Source: Clostridia bacterium | GTDB lineage: Bacteria; Bacillota; Clostridia; Oscillospirales; CAG-272 | Length of the DNA: 64,000 nucleotides | Assembly (NCBI GenBank): GCA_017453365.1 | Contig: JAFTKH010000017.1 | Span: 515-64,514, forward strand | Direction: 5' to 3' | Shown: positions 20,201 to 30,301 of the stretch, piece after piece | How the letters are laid out: every line of letters starts with the position of its first letter | How positions within the stretch are numbered: position 1 is the stretch's first letter | Notes under the pieces: generated by a model | Told to the model about the DNA's origin: nothing | Database searches by the model: none | What the model saw: only the letters and a program-made list of their open reading frames with translations | Program-made: the position numbers and the translations under genes

Positions 20201-21493
20201 TTACACGCCCAGCTTCTCAAGCGCCGCAAGCTTCACGGAAAGCGCTAAAATCTGCGTCGCAGTATCGAGCTCTCCGTCAGTAGGATAGGTAGGCGCGATA
20301 CGGAGCGTCTTATCATCAGGGTCCTTACCGTACGGGTGTGTTGCGCCGGGAGGTGTAAGAACGACCCCCGCCCCTTTCATAAGCTCATGCACTCTGCCTG
20401 CCGTGCCGGGGAGGACGTCGAGCGAAATGAAATATCCCCCGCGCGGCTCTGTCCACTCCGCGATACCGAGGCCGCGAAGAGACGAAAGATTATTAATGGT
20501 AATATCGAATTTCTCCTTGATAACACCGCCAAGGGTCAGCATATGCTCGAGCATATTATCAGCCGAGCCGAAAAATGCAAGGTGACGGAGCTGATTAAGC
20601 TTATCGAAGCCTATCGTCTCAGCTCCCAATATTTTTAGAGTTGCGAGCCTGTTGGCCTCGCTCATAGCCATCAAAGCGACACCGCCGCCCGGGAAGGTTA
20701 TCTTCGAGGTCGAGGAGAAATAATAAATCCTGTCGCGGTTTCCGTATTTCTCCGCGAGAGCGAATATATCTGCAAGCTTATCTCCCGCTTCGTCAAAATC
20801 GTGAACGCAATACGCGTTATCCCACATAATTCTAAAATCGGGTGAGGCGCACTCCATAGCTGCGAGGCGTCTTACCGTTTCGTCGGAGTAGGTATTACCC
20901 GTGGGGTTAGAATATTTCGGCACACACCAAATCCCCTTCACCTTCGGGTCACGGACAAGCTCCTCGACCTTATCCATATCGGGGCCGTCATCAGTCATAG
21001 GAACGGAGACGAGCTCAAAGCCAAGAAGCTCGGTTATTCTGAAATGCCTGTCATAGCCGGGAGTTACACATATCCATTTAAGTCCCTCCTCCTGCGACCA
21101 GGGGCCTCTGCCGCCGGGAACACCAAAGAGCATAGCGCGCGTAAGGCAGCCGTACATAAGCTGAAGAGAGGAGTTGCCACCGACGATAATATCCGCAGGG
21201 TCAAGACCGAGGACATCTGAAAAAAGCTCCTTCATTTCCGGGAGTCCGTCGAGCACGCCATAGTTGCGGCAGTCTAATCCGCCTCTTGAGAAGCAGTTCT
21301 CCCGCGACATATCAACAGACATAAGCCCGAGGCTTATATCAAGCTGTGCGGAATTGGGCTTACCGCGTGAAAGGTCTAGGGACAGTCCCATATTACAGTA
21401 GTTCTTATATTCGTTCATAAGAGCCGAAAAGAGCTCTTCTCTTTCTTTCTTTGTGAGTTCCGTGTATGCTTTCATTGAAACGATGCCTTTCAT
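20201..21493 (-). CDS. Class I/II PLP aminotransferase (aspartate aminotransferase-like)
   Basis: LDLSRGKP, PGYDRHF, VPKYSNPTG, WDNAY, STSKITF, GGYFISL, RIAPT; alternative start at 21475. Confidence 0.85.
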   Translation of the reverse strand: MKGIVSMKAYTELTKKEREELFSALMNEYKNYCNMGLSLDLSRGKPNSAQLDISLGLMSVDMSRENCFSRGGLDCRNYGVLDGLPEMKELFSDVLGLDPADIIVGGNSSLQLMYGCLTRAMLFGVPGGRGPWSQEEGLKWICVTPGYDRHFRITELLGFELVSVPMTDDGPDMDKVEELVRDPKVKGIWCVPKYSNPTGNTYSDETVRRLAAMECASPDFRIMWDNAYCVHDFDEAGDKLADIFALAEKYGNRDRIYYFSSTSKITFPGGGVALMAMSEANRLATLKILGAETIGFDKLNQLRHLAFFGSADNMLEHMLTLGGVIKEKFDITINNLSSLRGLGIAEWTEPRGGYFISLDVLPGTAGRVHELMKGAGVVLTPPGATHPYGKDPDDKTLRIAPTYPTDGELDTATQILALSVKLAALEKLGV

Positions 21494-21695
21494 TTTCCCC
21501 TTCTAAATTTCGGTTAGGTATGCATTTTTACGGGGTAAAAAATGCATTTTGAAGGTTTTTTGAAAAATTCTTTTATATTATATATTATATTCAGGAAAAA
21601 AGCAAGTGTTTTTGCAATTTTTAATTCCAAATCTTGCATTTTTCGCATTTTAAACAAAAAAGGGTATAACGTGCGCGGTTTTTTTGCCTTTATTC

Positions 21696-21724
21696 TTGAC
21701 ATTCCGCGCGTTTTGATATATAAT
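21696..21724 (+). promoter_or_regulatory. Consensus sigma-A promoter of proS
   Basis: Perfect TTGACA-17bp-TATAAT. Confidence 0.85.
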
Positions 21725-21768
21725 TTATGCTACAAGATTATTGTTTTTTGAAAGGACCTTGCACTTTT

Positions 21769-23208
21769 ATGGCAGACAACAAGAAGCTCGTCACAGAGAT
21801 AACCTCGATGGACGAGGATTTCGCAAAATGGTATACCGATATCGTAAAGAAGGCGGATTTGATAGATTATTCTAGCGTGAAGGGATGTATGATAATCCGT
21901 CCCTACGGCTACGCTATATGGGAGAACATTCAGAAAATACTTGATGCAAGATTTAAGGCGAGCGGCGTTGAAAACGTTTATATGCCTATGTTCATTCCCG
22001 AGTCGCTCCTCAAGCGCGAGAAGGAGCACGTCGAGGGCTTCGCCCCCGAGGTTGCTTGGGTCACTCATGGCGGTGATGAGAAGCTCGCCGAGCGCCTTTG
22101 CGTCCGGCCGACGTCCGAGACTCTTTTCTGCGAGCATTACGCTAATATAGTACGGTCCTACCGTGATCTGCCGAAGGTTTATAACCAGTGGTGCTCGGTC
22201 GTAAGATGGGAGAAGACTACCCGTCCCTTCCTCCGCTCGAGAGAATTTCTCTGGCAGGAGGGACACACCGTTCACAGAACGGCTAAGGAAGCAGAAGAGA
22301 GAACCGTACAGATGCTCGACATCTACGCCGATTTCTTTGAGCACGACCTCGGTATGCCCGTAATACGCGGTCAGAAGACCGATAAGGAGAAATTCGCAGG
22401 TGCAAAGGCCACCTACACCGTTGAGGCGCTTATGCACGACGGTAAGGCTCTTCAGGGCGGTACCTCGCATAACTTCGGCGACGGATTTGCCCGCGCGTTC
22501 GGCATACAGTTCCTTGACTCCGACAACACTCTCAAATACTGCCACGAGACCTCGTGGGGTGTATCGACGCGTATCATTGGCGGTATCATAATGACTCACG
22601 GTGACGATTCGGGACTCGTTCTCCCCCCTGCGGTCGCACCGATACAGGCAGTCGTTATCCCTGTTCAGCAACATAAAGATGGCGTTCTTGATGCGGCGCG
22701 TGCTATAGAAAAGACGCTCCGCGATGCCGGAATACGCGTAAAGACCGACGACTCCGAGCAATCTCCCGGCTGGAAATTCTCCGAGTACGAGATGAAGGGC
22801 GTTCCGCTCCGTATAGAGATAGGCCCGCGCGATATCGCAGAGGGCAAGTGTGTGATTGTACGCCGTGATACAAGAGAAAAATCCTTCGTTTCGACAGAAG
22901 GACTTGCAAATACCGTTAAAGAGGCTCTCACAAAGCTCACCGAGGCGCTCTACGAGCGAGCTCTCCGGCACAGAGAGGAGAGAACCTATGAGGCTCAAAG
23001 CTTCGAGGAGCTCAAGGCTATTGCCGACACGAAGCCCGGTTACATCAAGGCTATGTGGTGCGGAGAGCTCGAGTGTGAGATGAAGCTCAAGGAAGAGGCT
23101 GACGTTTCGTCAAGATGTATCCCCTTCGGCATTGCGCCCATAGGTGACACCTGCGTATGCTGCGGACGTGCGGCAAAGAAGCTCGTTTACTGGGGCAAGG
23201 CTTATTAA
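21769..23208 (+). CDS. proS: Proline-tRNA ligase (archaeal/eukaryotic type)
   Basis: [38 protein letters not shown]-terminal GKAY. Confidence 0.96.
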   Translation: MADNKKLVTEITSMDEDFAKWYTDIVKKADLIDYSSVKGCMIIRPYGYAIWENIQKILDARFKASGVENVYMPMFIPESLLKREKEHVEGFAPEVAWVTHGGDEKLAERLCVRPTSETLFCEHYANIVRSYRDLPKVYNQWCSVVRWEKTTRPFLRSREFLWQEGHTVHRTAKEAEERTVQMLDIYADFFEHDLGMPVIRGQKTDKEKFAGAKATYTVEALMHDGKALQGGTSHNFGDGFARAFGIQFLDSDNTLKYCHETSWGVSTRIIGGIIMTHGDDSGLVLPPAVAPIQAVVIPVQQHKDGVLDAARAIEKTLRDAGIRVKTDDSEQSPGWKFSEYEMKGVPLRIEIGPRDIAEGKCVIVRRDTREKSFVSTEGLANTVKEALTKLTEALYERALRHREERTYEAQSFEELKAIADTKPGYIKAMWCGELECEMKLKEEADVSSRCIPFGIAPIGDTCVCCGRAAKKLVYWGKAY

Positions 23209-23301
23209 AGCGGGGTAAATTTAGGTATAACCGAAAGCTGAATTATCATTGGGGGCTGTTTTCCCGACAGTCCCCGTTTTAAACCCGAGAAAGGAGGGCG
23301 T

Positions 23302-24117
23302 ATGGAAAAAAAGAACGTAATAACCGTAAGAGAAGCCGATGGCGGCATCATCAATATGGAGATACACGACGGACTGGAGTCGACGGCAAGGCTCGCGCGC
23401 GAGTATGCGAATATGGGCTATCCCGACAGATACATTGTGTTCGCAGAAAAGCTGATTACGCCTCCGGGACAGGGTGTTCACAGGAGAGAGGCAGAGTCTG
23501 TACGCGGAGTGTTTTTTTCCTGCATTCTCCGCCCGTCGCTCTTCCCCAGCCAAGCATCGCTTCTCGGCGCTCTTTCGGCCACCGCCTTCGTACAGGCTCT
23601 CGACGAGCATACGACGCGCCATCTCGGTATAGGCTGGGTCAGTGACGTATACTGTCAAGGCGAAAAGATAGGCGGTGTGACGATAGAGGGAAAGCTCGAT
23701 AATTTCACCAGCTACGAATATATAATTGTGACCTTCTCGGCGCGGCTGGATGAAGAAAGCTTTCCGCCGAGACTCGGAGATATGGTAAGAAAGGTTTTCG
23801 AAAGTGAGAACACCTCGATATCTATGATAATCGCGAGAAACGTTCTCGCAAAATTCTTCAAGCTATATTCAACGATAAAAAGCTCCGTTCGCTTTATGGA
23901 CGTATACACGAAGCGCTTTATTCTGCGCGGAAGGCGCATAAAATATCTTGAGGACGGAAAACGGAAGGGCTGCAAGGTGCTCGGCGTTGACGGGAAGACG
24001 GGGGCACTGATACTTGAATCGCACGAGCGGGGGGTATTTAACGTAGTTTCCCCAACCTCTGTTTTGATACCCAAGAAAATCAGACTGACTAAAAAAGAAA
24101 CAACAAAGCTTGCTTAA
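23302..24117 (+). CDS. Biotin-protein-ligase (BirA/BPL) fold protein with degenerate active site
   Basis: LEST, FFSCILRP, GEKIGGVTIE and a C-terminal SH3-like GVDGKTGALIL; lacks GRGRxG and KWPND. Confidence 0.6.
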   Translation: MEKKNVITVREADGGIINMEIHDGLESTARLAREYANMGYPDRYIVFAEKLITPPGQGVHRREAESVRGVFFSCILRPSLFPSQASLLGALSATAFVQALDEHTTRHLGIGWVSDVYCQGEKIGGVTIEGKLDNFTSYEYIIVTFSARLDEESFPPRLGDMVRKVFESENTSISMIIARNVLAKFFKLYSTIKSSVRFMDVYTKRFILRGRRIKYLEDGKRKGCKVLGVDGKTGALILESHERGVFNVVSPTSVLIPKKIRLTKKETTKLA

Positions 24118-24154
24118 GTCTGCGGTAGGATGCCGAAGACTTAAGCAAGCTTTT
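24105..24154. terminator. Bidirectional terminator
   Basis: aaagcttgcttaagtc...gacttaagcaagcttt between convergent genes. Confidence 0.75.
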
Positions 24155-24167
24155 TATATTATTTTAT

Positions 24168-26519
24168 TTAATTTTGCTCCCAAACGTTTATTGTATACGT
24201 ACCGTCGGGATTTACAGTCTTATACCAGAAGAGTCCCGCCTCTTCCGGTTTCGTGGTTGAGAGACAGTACACGGGAATGTCGCCTATATCCTGCGAGTCG
24301 AGGTTATTTCCGGAGCTCCATATTCCCTCCCATGTCTTGCTTGTCGCGCCGGTAAAGAATATAGCATCTAGCTCAAGCGGCTCCAGCGCAGCTCTGTAAA
24401 TTCCCTTTACATCCTTCGAGAAGATAAGCTCCCTTATCGACGAGCAGCCGGCAAATGCGTTCTCGGCTACCGAAATAGTGCCCGCCCGGATTTCAAATCT
24501 CTCGCCTACGGCTGTTGAATTAACCCTTATCAGGTGATTCGAAACGTAAAGCGCACCGTTAGCCCAATTGTCCGAATTGTTATAATATCCTGTGCCCATA
24601 AAGGCGCTCTCGGCAATCTTTAAAACGCTGTCGGGCACTGTAATTTCCGTAACCTTCTCCATACCGTAGAAGGTATTGTAGCCAACCCTGTTAGCACCGC
24701 TGATTATCTCAACGGACGTAATAGCCTCGCGGTCGGGATACCAAGGAGTTTCGGACAGGTCACCATAGTTAACAAGCGTTGCATCTCCGCCGACGCTCAG
24801 CTTGCCGTCCGAGAGCGACCACGCTACACGGCGCTCCACAGTTTCCATACTGCCCGTTACGTTACGCCAATACGTACCCTCGCCCGAGCCCTCGGGATAG
24901 TAGGTATATATTTTCGCTTTAAGCAGGTTTTCAAGCGGAGCGTTGCCTATTACAGAGTCCAGCTGTACCTTCGAGCCCTGATAGTATATATAAAGAAGGT
25001 TAGCGCACCCGAGGAAGGCATTCTTATTGATTGAGGTTACGTTCGTAGGAATATCGATAGCTACGATATTGTCAAGGTAGCAGAAGGCGTTCTTACCGAT
25101 ATGCGTTACCTCATCTCCGATGACTACGTTAACTATATTCTGCCCGTACCACGGAGCGTCTCCGATATCCTCAAAGTCCCACATAGCACCGCTTCCGCTT
25201 ATAGTCAAGGTGGTACCCGATTTACTATACGTAAGGTTGTCGCCGCATTTTTTACCTCGAACACCCGTAAGGTGTATATCACGGGTCAGCTTAAGCCCAA
25301 CTCTATAGCTCGAAATGCCATAGGCGCTTCCGCTGAAGGATTGGAACTTATAACCATGATATACGATATCGTTCATAAAGTCTATATTTCTCTGCTCTAC
25401 TCCGATTTCGGGGTCAACGTAGTCCCAAGTGAACGGAAGAATAGCACCGGGCGCTTTGAAGCCTACGGTATAGTACCAGGGAGCGATGTCTCCCTCGTCG
25501 GTGTAATACCAATACGGGCCGGGCTCGGAAGGCTTCGTGTCCGCGTAGAAATACGTGTTAGCAAGCTCCTTTACCCAGAAATTATCCAGGCGCACAATAA
25601 GATTGTCGTATTCCTCCTCCGTACCGAAATAGTATGCAATCTTAAGGTTTTTGCATTCGTAAAAGGCACTGTTGCCTATCTCTGCTATTTTATCCGTCAA
25701 GGTAACCCTCGTGACACCCTTACACTGATAGAAGGCCTGCTCACCGATAAAGAGCAAGTCGCGATTGAAAACGAGCTCAGTAAGGTTATCGCATTTGTAG
25801 AATGCGCCGACCTCTATTCTCTCAACCGTATCGGGAAAATTTATTTCGCCTATCGAGCTCTCGTAGAATGCGCGTCTTCCGATACGAACAATGTTCTCGG
25901 GCAGGTCAACCGTCGTCAGAGCATCAAACTTGTAAAACGCGTGGTCGCCGATACCCGTAATCCTCGAGTCGAGGACGACATTTTCGCAAAGCTTCGCATA
26001 CTGTATCCACGCAGGGTCGCTGTTATACTGATAATCAAACATCGAACCCGTGCCTACGAATGAGAGGGTCTTCGTAGTATCGTCGTATGACCAGCTGATG
26101 TTCTCTCCTGCGAGGTCGCCTCTATCACCCCAAAGCGTCACGTTCTCATTAATAGTGGCGGCGGGGTCGAAGCGGGTGCTGTCCTGTGAGATAACACTGT
26201 AATGCCAGGATTTAAACGTATAGCCGTGATAAGCGGCATCAAGAATGGCAGTCACGTTCTCGGCAGTGGGAACAGTTCCCTTCACCACTTTAACCTCACC
26301 TACACGCTTTCCCTCAGTGCGCTCGAGCAATGTTACGGTAACGTACTCAACAGTAGGCTCCGGGGTAGGCTCGGGAGTTGGCTCCGGAGTCGGCTCTGGC
26401 GAGGGCTCCGGAGTCGGAGTTTCTCCGCCCCCGAGTGAAATTATATCACATGATGCGAAGAGCATAACAGCTCCTGCAAGCAGTATCAGCACCAAAATTG
26501 TTGAAAGAGCTTTTTTCAT
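24168..26519 (-). CDS. BspA/TpLRR leucine-rich-repeat surface lipoprotein
   Basis: Lipobox LFASC, PTPE linker, IGxxAFxxC.L LRR_5 repeats in three blocks each headed by a W.....TL.I.G.G.M.DY cap. Confidence 0.85.
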   Translation of the reverse strand: MKKALSTILVLILLAGAVMLFASCDIISLGGGETPTPEPSPEPTPEPTPEPTPEPTVEYVTVTLLERTEGKRVGEVKVVKGTVPTAENVTAILDAAYHGYTFKSWHYSVISQDSTRFDPAATINENVTLWGDRGDLAGENISWSYDDTTKTLSFVGTGSMFDYQYNSDPAWIQYAKLCENVVLDSRITGIGDHAFYKFDALTTVDLPENIVRIGRRAFYESSIGEINFPDTVERIEVGAFYKCDNLTELVFNRDLLFIGEQAFYQCKGVTRVTLTDKIAEIGNSAFYECKNLKIAYYFGTEEEYDNLIVRLDNFWVKELANTYFYADTKPSEPGPYWYYTDEGDIAPWYYTVGFKAPGAILPFTWDYVDPEIGVEQRNIDFMNDIVYHGYKFQSFSGSAYGISSYRVGLKLTRDIHLTGVRGKKCGDNLTYSKSGTTLTISGSGAMWDFEDIGDAPWYGQNIVNVVIGDEVTHIGKNAFCYLDNIVAIDIPTNVTSINKNAFLGCANLLYIYYQGSKVQLDSVIGNAPLENLLKAKIYTYYPEGSGEGTYWRNVTGSMETVERRVAWSLSDGKLSVGGDATLVNYGDLSETPWYPDREAITSVEIISGANRVGYNTFYGMEKVTEITVPDSVLKIAESAFMGTGYYNNSDNWANGALYVSNHLIRVNSTAVGERFEIRAGTISVAENAFAGCSSIRELIFSKDVKGIYRAALEPLELDAIFFTGATSKTWEGIWSSGNNLDSQDIGDIPVYCLSTTKPEEAGLFWYKTVNPDGTYTINVWEQN
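26352..26420 (-). repeat. Degenerate 12-bp tandem repeat encoding a (PTPE)n linker
   Basis: ggctccggggta/ggctcgggagtt/ggctccggagtc units; protein PTPEPSPEPTPEPTPEPTPEPT. Confidence 0.8.
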
Positions 26520-26638
26520 AAGCAAACCTTTACGCATAATAATTTTTTAAAGTTTATATATTTTATCATACCAACAGGAAAATTTCAAGGTAAGGGCTGT
26601 AAATTTTATATTTTGCACAAAACCGAGGTGAGCAACTT

Positions 26639-27250
26639 ATGCATAATAGCAAAATAAAAAAAGCACTGACATATCTCACGAACTACTTTCTGCCTATTCT
26701 ATTCTGGCTGTCCGTTCTCTTCGGCTTCGACACTCCCGTCATAGCAATACTCACCGTCATAACGGCGGTAATACACGAGCTCGGTCATATATGCGCTATG
26801 ATGCTAATCGGCAGCGACGAAGCGGTACCTAAAGGACATATCACGGGATTTAGGCTAAAAAGACCCGTGAAGTCATCGTACCACAAGGAAATACTGACGC
26901 TAGCGGCAGGACCCCTTTTTAATCTCGCGGCAGCGCTGCTCGCACTGCCGACCGTAGTATTCTTCGGAGAATACGGCTGGCTTTTCATTTCTCTTAATGC
27001 TATGACGGCGCTCTCAAACCTCATACCGGCGGAGGGGTACGACGGCTACGGCATTCTCACGCTTATCGCAGAATACTCGGGGCGCTCAACCCTTCCTCTT
27101 CTTCGGATTTCTTTTTTTATGAGCATATTCTTTACATTCCTCTCGCTTTATCTTATTGGCAGAGTGGGTGGTGGCTTTTGGATTTTCTGCATTTTTTTCG
27201 TCTCAGTTATTACAAAAATAGGCAAAATATTGAAATACAACGTTTTTTGA
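26639..27250 (+). CDS. M50 site-2 protease (SpoIVFB-like)
   Basis: HELGH, LAAGPLFN, NLIP...YDG in a hydrophobic protein. Confidence 0.75.
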   Translation: MHNSKIKKALTYLTNYFLPILFWLSVLFGFDTPVIAILTVITAVIHELGHICAMMLIGSDEAVPKGHITGFRLKRPVKSSYHKEILTLAAGPLFNLAAALLALPTVVFFGEYGWLFISLNAMTALSNLIPAEGYDGYGILTLIAEYSGRSTLPLLRISFFMSIFFTFLSLYLIGRVGGGFWIFCIFFVSVITKIGKILKYNVF

Positions 27251-27300
27251 GAATTTCGGAGCTTTCGAGAGTTTTTGGAAGATTTTGCGAGTTTTTTGAG
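27242..27300 (+). repeat. Six degenerate 10-bp tandem units (NTTTTNGNAG-like)
   Basis: gttttttgag aatttcggag ctttcgagag tttttggaag attttgcgag ttttttgag. Confidence 0.6.
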
Positions 27301-27383
27301 TGACAAGGCGAGAAAAATTGCGGTTAATTTCGGATAATCGCGCCTAAATCAAGAATTTTTCAGAAAAAAATATCGAAAAACTA

Positions 27384-27412
27384 TTGCAAAAGAGGCCGCT
27401 TTTTGCTATAAT
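27384..27412 (+). promoter_or_regulatory. Sigma-A promoter of the pot operon
   Basis: TTGCAA-17bp-TATAAT with extended -10 TG. Confidence 0.75.
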
Positions 27413-27497
27413 GACCTATGTTACATATCACGACATTTTTTGCACGTGTAGTTGCGTGCGCAAAAATAAAGCTGACGAGGAAGGAAACTCAAAGGAA

Positions 27498-28616
27498 ATG
27501 GCAAAACTCATCGAGCTTCGGGGAATATCGAAATCCTATGACGGAGAAAAGGTCATTGACAATATGGACCTCTATATCCGCGATAAGGAATTTATTACTC
27601 TGCTCGGCCCCTCCGGCTGTGGAAAAACAACGACGCTCCGTATTATCGGCGGCTTCGAGTCTGCGGACGAAGGCGAGCTGTATTTTGACGGTGCGGAGAT
27701 AAGCAACGTACCCGCGTACAAAAGACAGGTGAATACGGTGTTCCAAAAATATGCCCTGTTCCCTCACCTTAACGTTTATGAAAACATAGCCTTCCCTCTC
27801 CGTATACAAAAGGTGAAGGAGAACGAGATAAGAGAACGCGTCACGGAGATGCTGAAAATGGTAGCTCTCTCGGGCTTCGAGAACAAGAGCGTCAGCACCC
27901 TCTCGGGCGGTCAGCAGCAGAGAGTAGCAATAGCCAGAGCTCTCGTATCCCACCCCCGCGTGCTTCTTCTCGACGAGCCGCTCGGCGCGCTCGACCTCAA
28001 GCTTCGTAAGGATATGCAGAACGAGTTGAAATCGATTCAGCAGGCGATAGGAATAACCTTCATCTACGTCACGCACGACCAAGAGGAAGCACTCTCTATG
28101 TCCGATACGATAGTCGTAATGGCAGACGGCGAGATACAGCAGATAGGAACCCCCACCGACATATACAACGAGCCGAAGAATGCTTTCGTCGCGGATTTCA
28201 TAGGCGAGAGTAATATCATAGACGGCGTTATGCTCGCTGACAAAAAGGTGAAATTCGCGCGTCACACCTTCGAGTGTGTTGACGGCGGATATGCAAAGGG
28301 CGAGGCTGTAGACGTCGTTATCCGTCCCGAGGACGTCGACGTCGTGCCGAAGGAGCGCGGAATGCTCACCGGGCGCGTCACCGCCGTTACGTTCAAGGGT
28401 GTACATTACGAGATAATAGTTGATATTGACGGCTTTAAGTGGATGATACAGTCTACGGACTACGTAGCGCCGGAGGAGGATATCGGCGTATACATAGAGC
28501 CCGATGCGATACATATTATGAAAAAGTCGAAATATTCGGGCAAATTCGGTGACTATTCCTCCTTCTCCGACGAGATAGACCAGCTTTCTGACGCAGATGC
28601 GGCAGAGGAATTCTGA
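27498..28616 (+). CDS. potA: Spermidine/putrescine ABC transporter ATPase
   Basis: [42 protein letters not shown] domain. Confidence 0.93.
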   Translation: MAKLIELRGISKSYDGEKVIDNMDLYIRDKEFITLLGPSGCGKTTTLRIIGGFESADEGELYFDGAEISNVPAYKRQVNTVFQKYALFPHLNVYENIAFPLRIQKVKENEIRERVTEMLKMVALSGFENKSVSTLSGGQQQRVAIARALVSHPRVLLLDEPLGALDLKLRKDMQNELKSIQQAIGITFIYVTHDQEEALSMSDTIVVMADGEIQQIGTPTDIYNEPKNAFVADFIGESNIIDGVMLADKKVKFARHTFECVDGGYAKGEAVDVVIRPEDVDVVPKERGMLTGRVTAVTFKGVHYEIIVDIDGFKWMIQSTDYVAPEEDIGVYIEPDAIHIMKKSKYSGKFGDYSSFSDEIDQLSDADAAEEF

Positions 28617-28676
28617 TTTTAAATTAATTTTTGAAAATGGAATTAGAGAGGTTTTCCTCTCCTAGGTATAAAAGTA

Positions 28677-29489
28677 ATGACAAAGAAAAGATCTCTTATG
28701 CGCTCGATAGCGGCGGCCCCTCACGTTTTCTGGGCAGTGCTGTTTATCGTGCTTCCGCTTCTTATAGTTGCGTACTATGCCTTCACTGACGCTGACGGCG
28801 CATTCAGCTTCGAGAATATACTTTCGCTCGCCGACTATGCGGATATATTTCTCCTCTCACTTGAGCTCTCGGTCATAGCGACACTGGTATGCTTCGTTAT
28901 AGGATATCCCCTCGCTTACATTATAGCGCGCTCTAAGCCGAGGACACAAAAGCTCTTCATTATGCTCCTTATGCTCCCTATGTGGACAAACCTACTCATA
29001 AGAACCTACTCTATTATGGCGATACTCGACGACGGCGGATTTTTAAATCAGCTTCTCAACACCGAGCTTCACATAATAGGCACAAAGGGGGCTGTCATAT
29101 TCGGTATGGTATACGATTTTCTGCCTTATATGGTGCTCCCGATATACACATGCATATCGAAGATAGACAAGCATATGTGGGAGGCGGCAAGCGACCTCGG
29201 CTGCACACCGGTGCGCGTTATAACGAAGGTGATTTTTCCTCTCTCGCTCTCCGGTGTTATCTCGGGCATAACTATGGTATTCGTGCCCTCTATCAGCACC
29301 TTCTATATTTCCCAGAAGCTCGGCGGCGGTACCTTCGAGCTCATCGGTGACACGATAGAGCGCCAATTTGTTACGGGCGCACTTAATACGGGGGCGGCTA
29401 TATCCTTCGTTATGATGATACTCATTATGATATCCCTGACGGTTATGAACCGCTTCGGCGACTCTGATGAAGGGGGGATTATCGTATGA
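28677..29489 (+). CDS. potB: Polyamine ABC transporter permease
   Basis: PMWTNLLIRTY, EAASDLG. Confidence 0.9.
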   Translation: MTKKRSLMRSIAAAPHVFWAVLFIVLPLLIVAYYAFTDADGAFSFENILSLADYADIFLLSLELSVIATLVCFVIGYPLAYIIARSKPRTQKLFIMLLMLPMWTNLLIRTYSIMAILDDGGFLNQLLNTELHIIGTKGAVIFGMVYDFLPYMVLPIYTCISKIDKHMWEAASDLGCTPVRVITKVIFPLSLSGVISGITMVFVPSISTFYISQKLGGGTFELIGDTIERQFVTGALNTGAAISFVMMILIMISLTVMNRFGDSDEGGIIV

Positions 29490-30301
29490 AGCATCTGTCA
29501 AGAGCGTATCTTGTGCTCATATTCGGCATTTTATATATCCCCATTATCACGCTCATATTTTTCTCCTTCAACGCAGAGAACAGTACGGCGGTCTTTACAG
29601 GCTTTAGCCTCCGGTGGTATCGCGAGCTTTTTGCCTCTCCGGAGACCTTTGAGGCGCTTCGGAATACTCTCATTCTCGCAATAACCTCTGCGTCACTCTC
29701 TACCGTCATCGGCACAGCGGCGGCGGCGGGGCTCTACAGAATGAAGAACAAAATACTGAAATCGGGCATAATGTCAGTAACTAACATACCTATGATGAAC
29801 CCCGATATAGTTACGGGTATGTCTATGATGCTCTTCTTCGTTGCGGCGGCGGGCATTGTCGGAATTTCCTACGACAATATGGGCTTTGCGGCTATGCTGA
29901 TAGCACACACGACCTTCTGTCTTCCCTACGTTATCCTCTCGGTACTACCGAGAATAAACGAGCTCGGAAGCTCGCTCTCCGAGGCGGCACAGGACCTGGG
30001 CTGCACACCCCTTGCCTCGTTTTTCAAGGTTGAGCTCCCCAACATTATGCCGGGAGTTCTCTCGGGCTTCATAATGGCCTTTACTCTTTCGCTTGACGAC
30101 TTCGTAATATCATATTTCGTAGGCTCGTCAAATTTCCAGACTCTTCCGCTTCTTATCTACTCTATGACGAAGAAGAAGGTTACACCCGACATGTACGCAC
30201 TCTCGACTCTTATTATCGTTGCGATATTCATACTTCTTCTGATATCAAATATAAGAAGCTCGAAAGAGGAAGAAAAGCGCAAAAGGAGGAAGGTCAAATG
30301 A
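29486..30301 (+). CDS. potC: Polyamine ABC transporter permease
   Basis: GFSLRWY, EAAQDLG, FTLSLDDFVISYF. Confidence 0.9.
   Translation: MKHLSRAYLVLIFGILYIPIITLIFFSFNAENSTAVFTGFSLRWYRELFASPETFEALRNTLILAITSASLSTVIGTAAAAGLYRMKNKILKSGIMSVTNIPMMNPDIVTGMSMMLFFVAAAGIVGISYDNMGFAAMLIAHTTFCLPYVILSVLPRINELGSSLSEAAQDLGCTPLASFFKVELPNIMPGVLSGFIMAFTLSLDDFVISYFVGSSNFQTLPLLIYSMTKKKVTPDMYALSTLIIVAIFILLLISNIRSSKEEEKRKRRKVK

Noticed and set aside
21494-21768. T-box leader for proS
   Set aside because: The promoter lies only about 45 nt from the ATG and no T-box motif or terminator is present.
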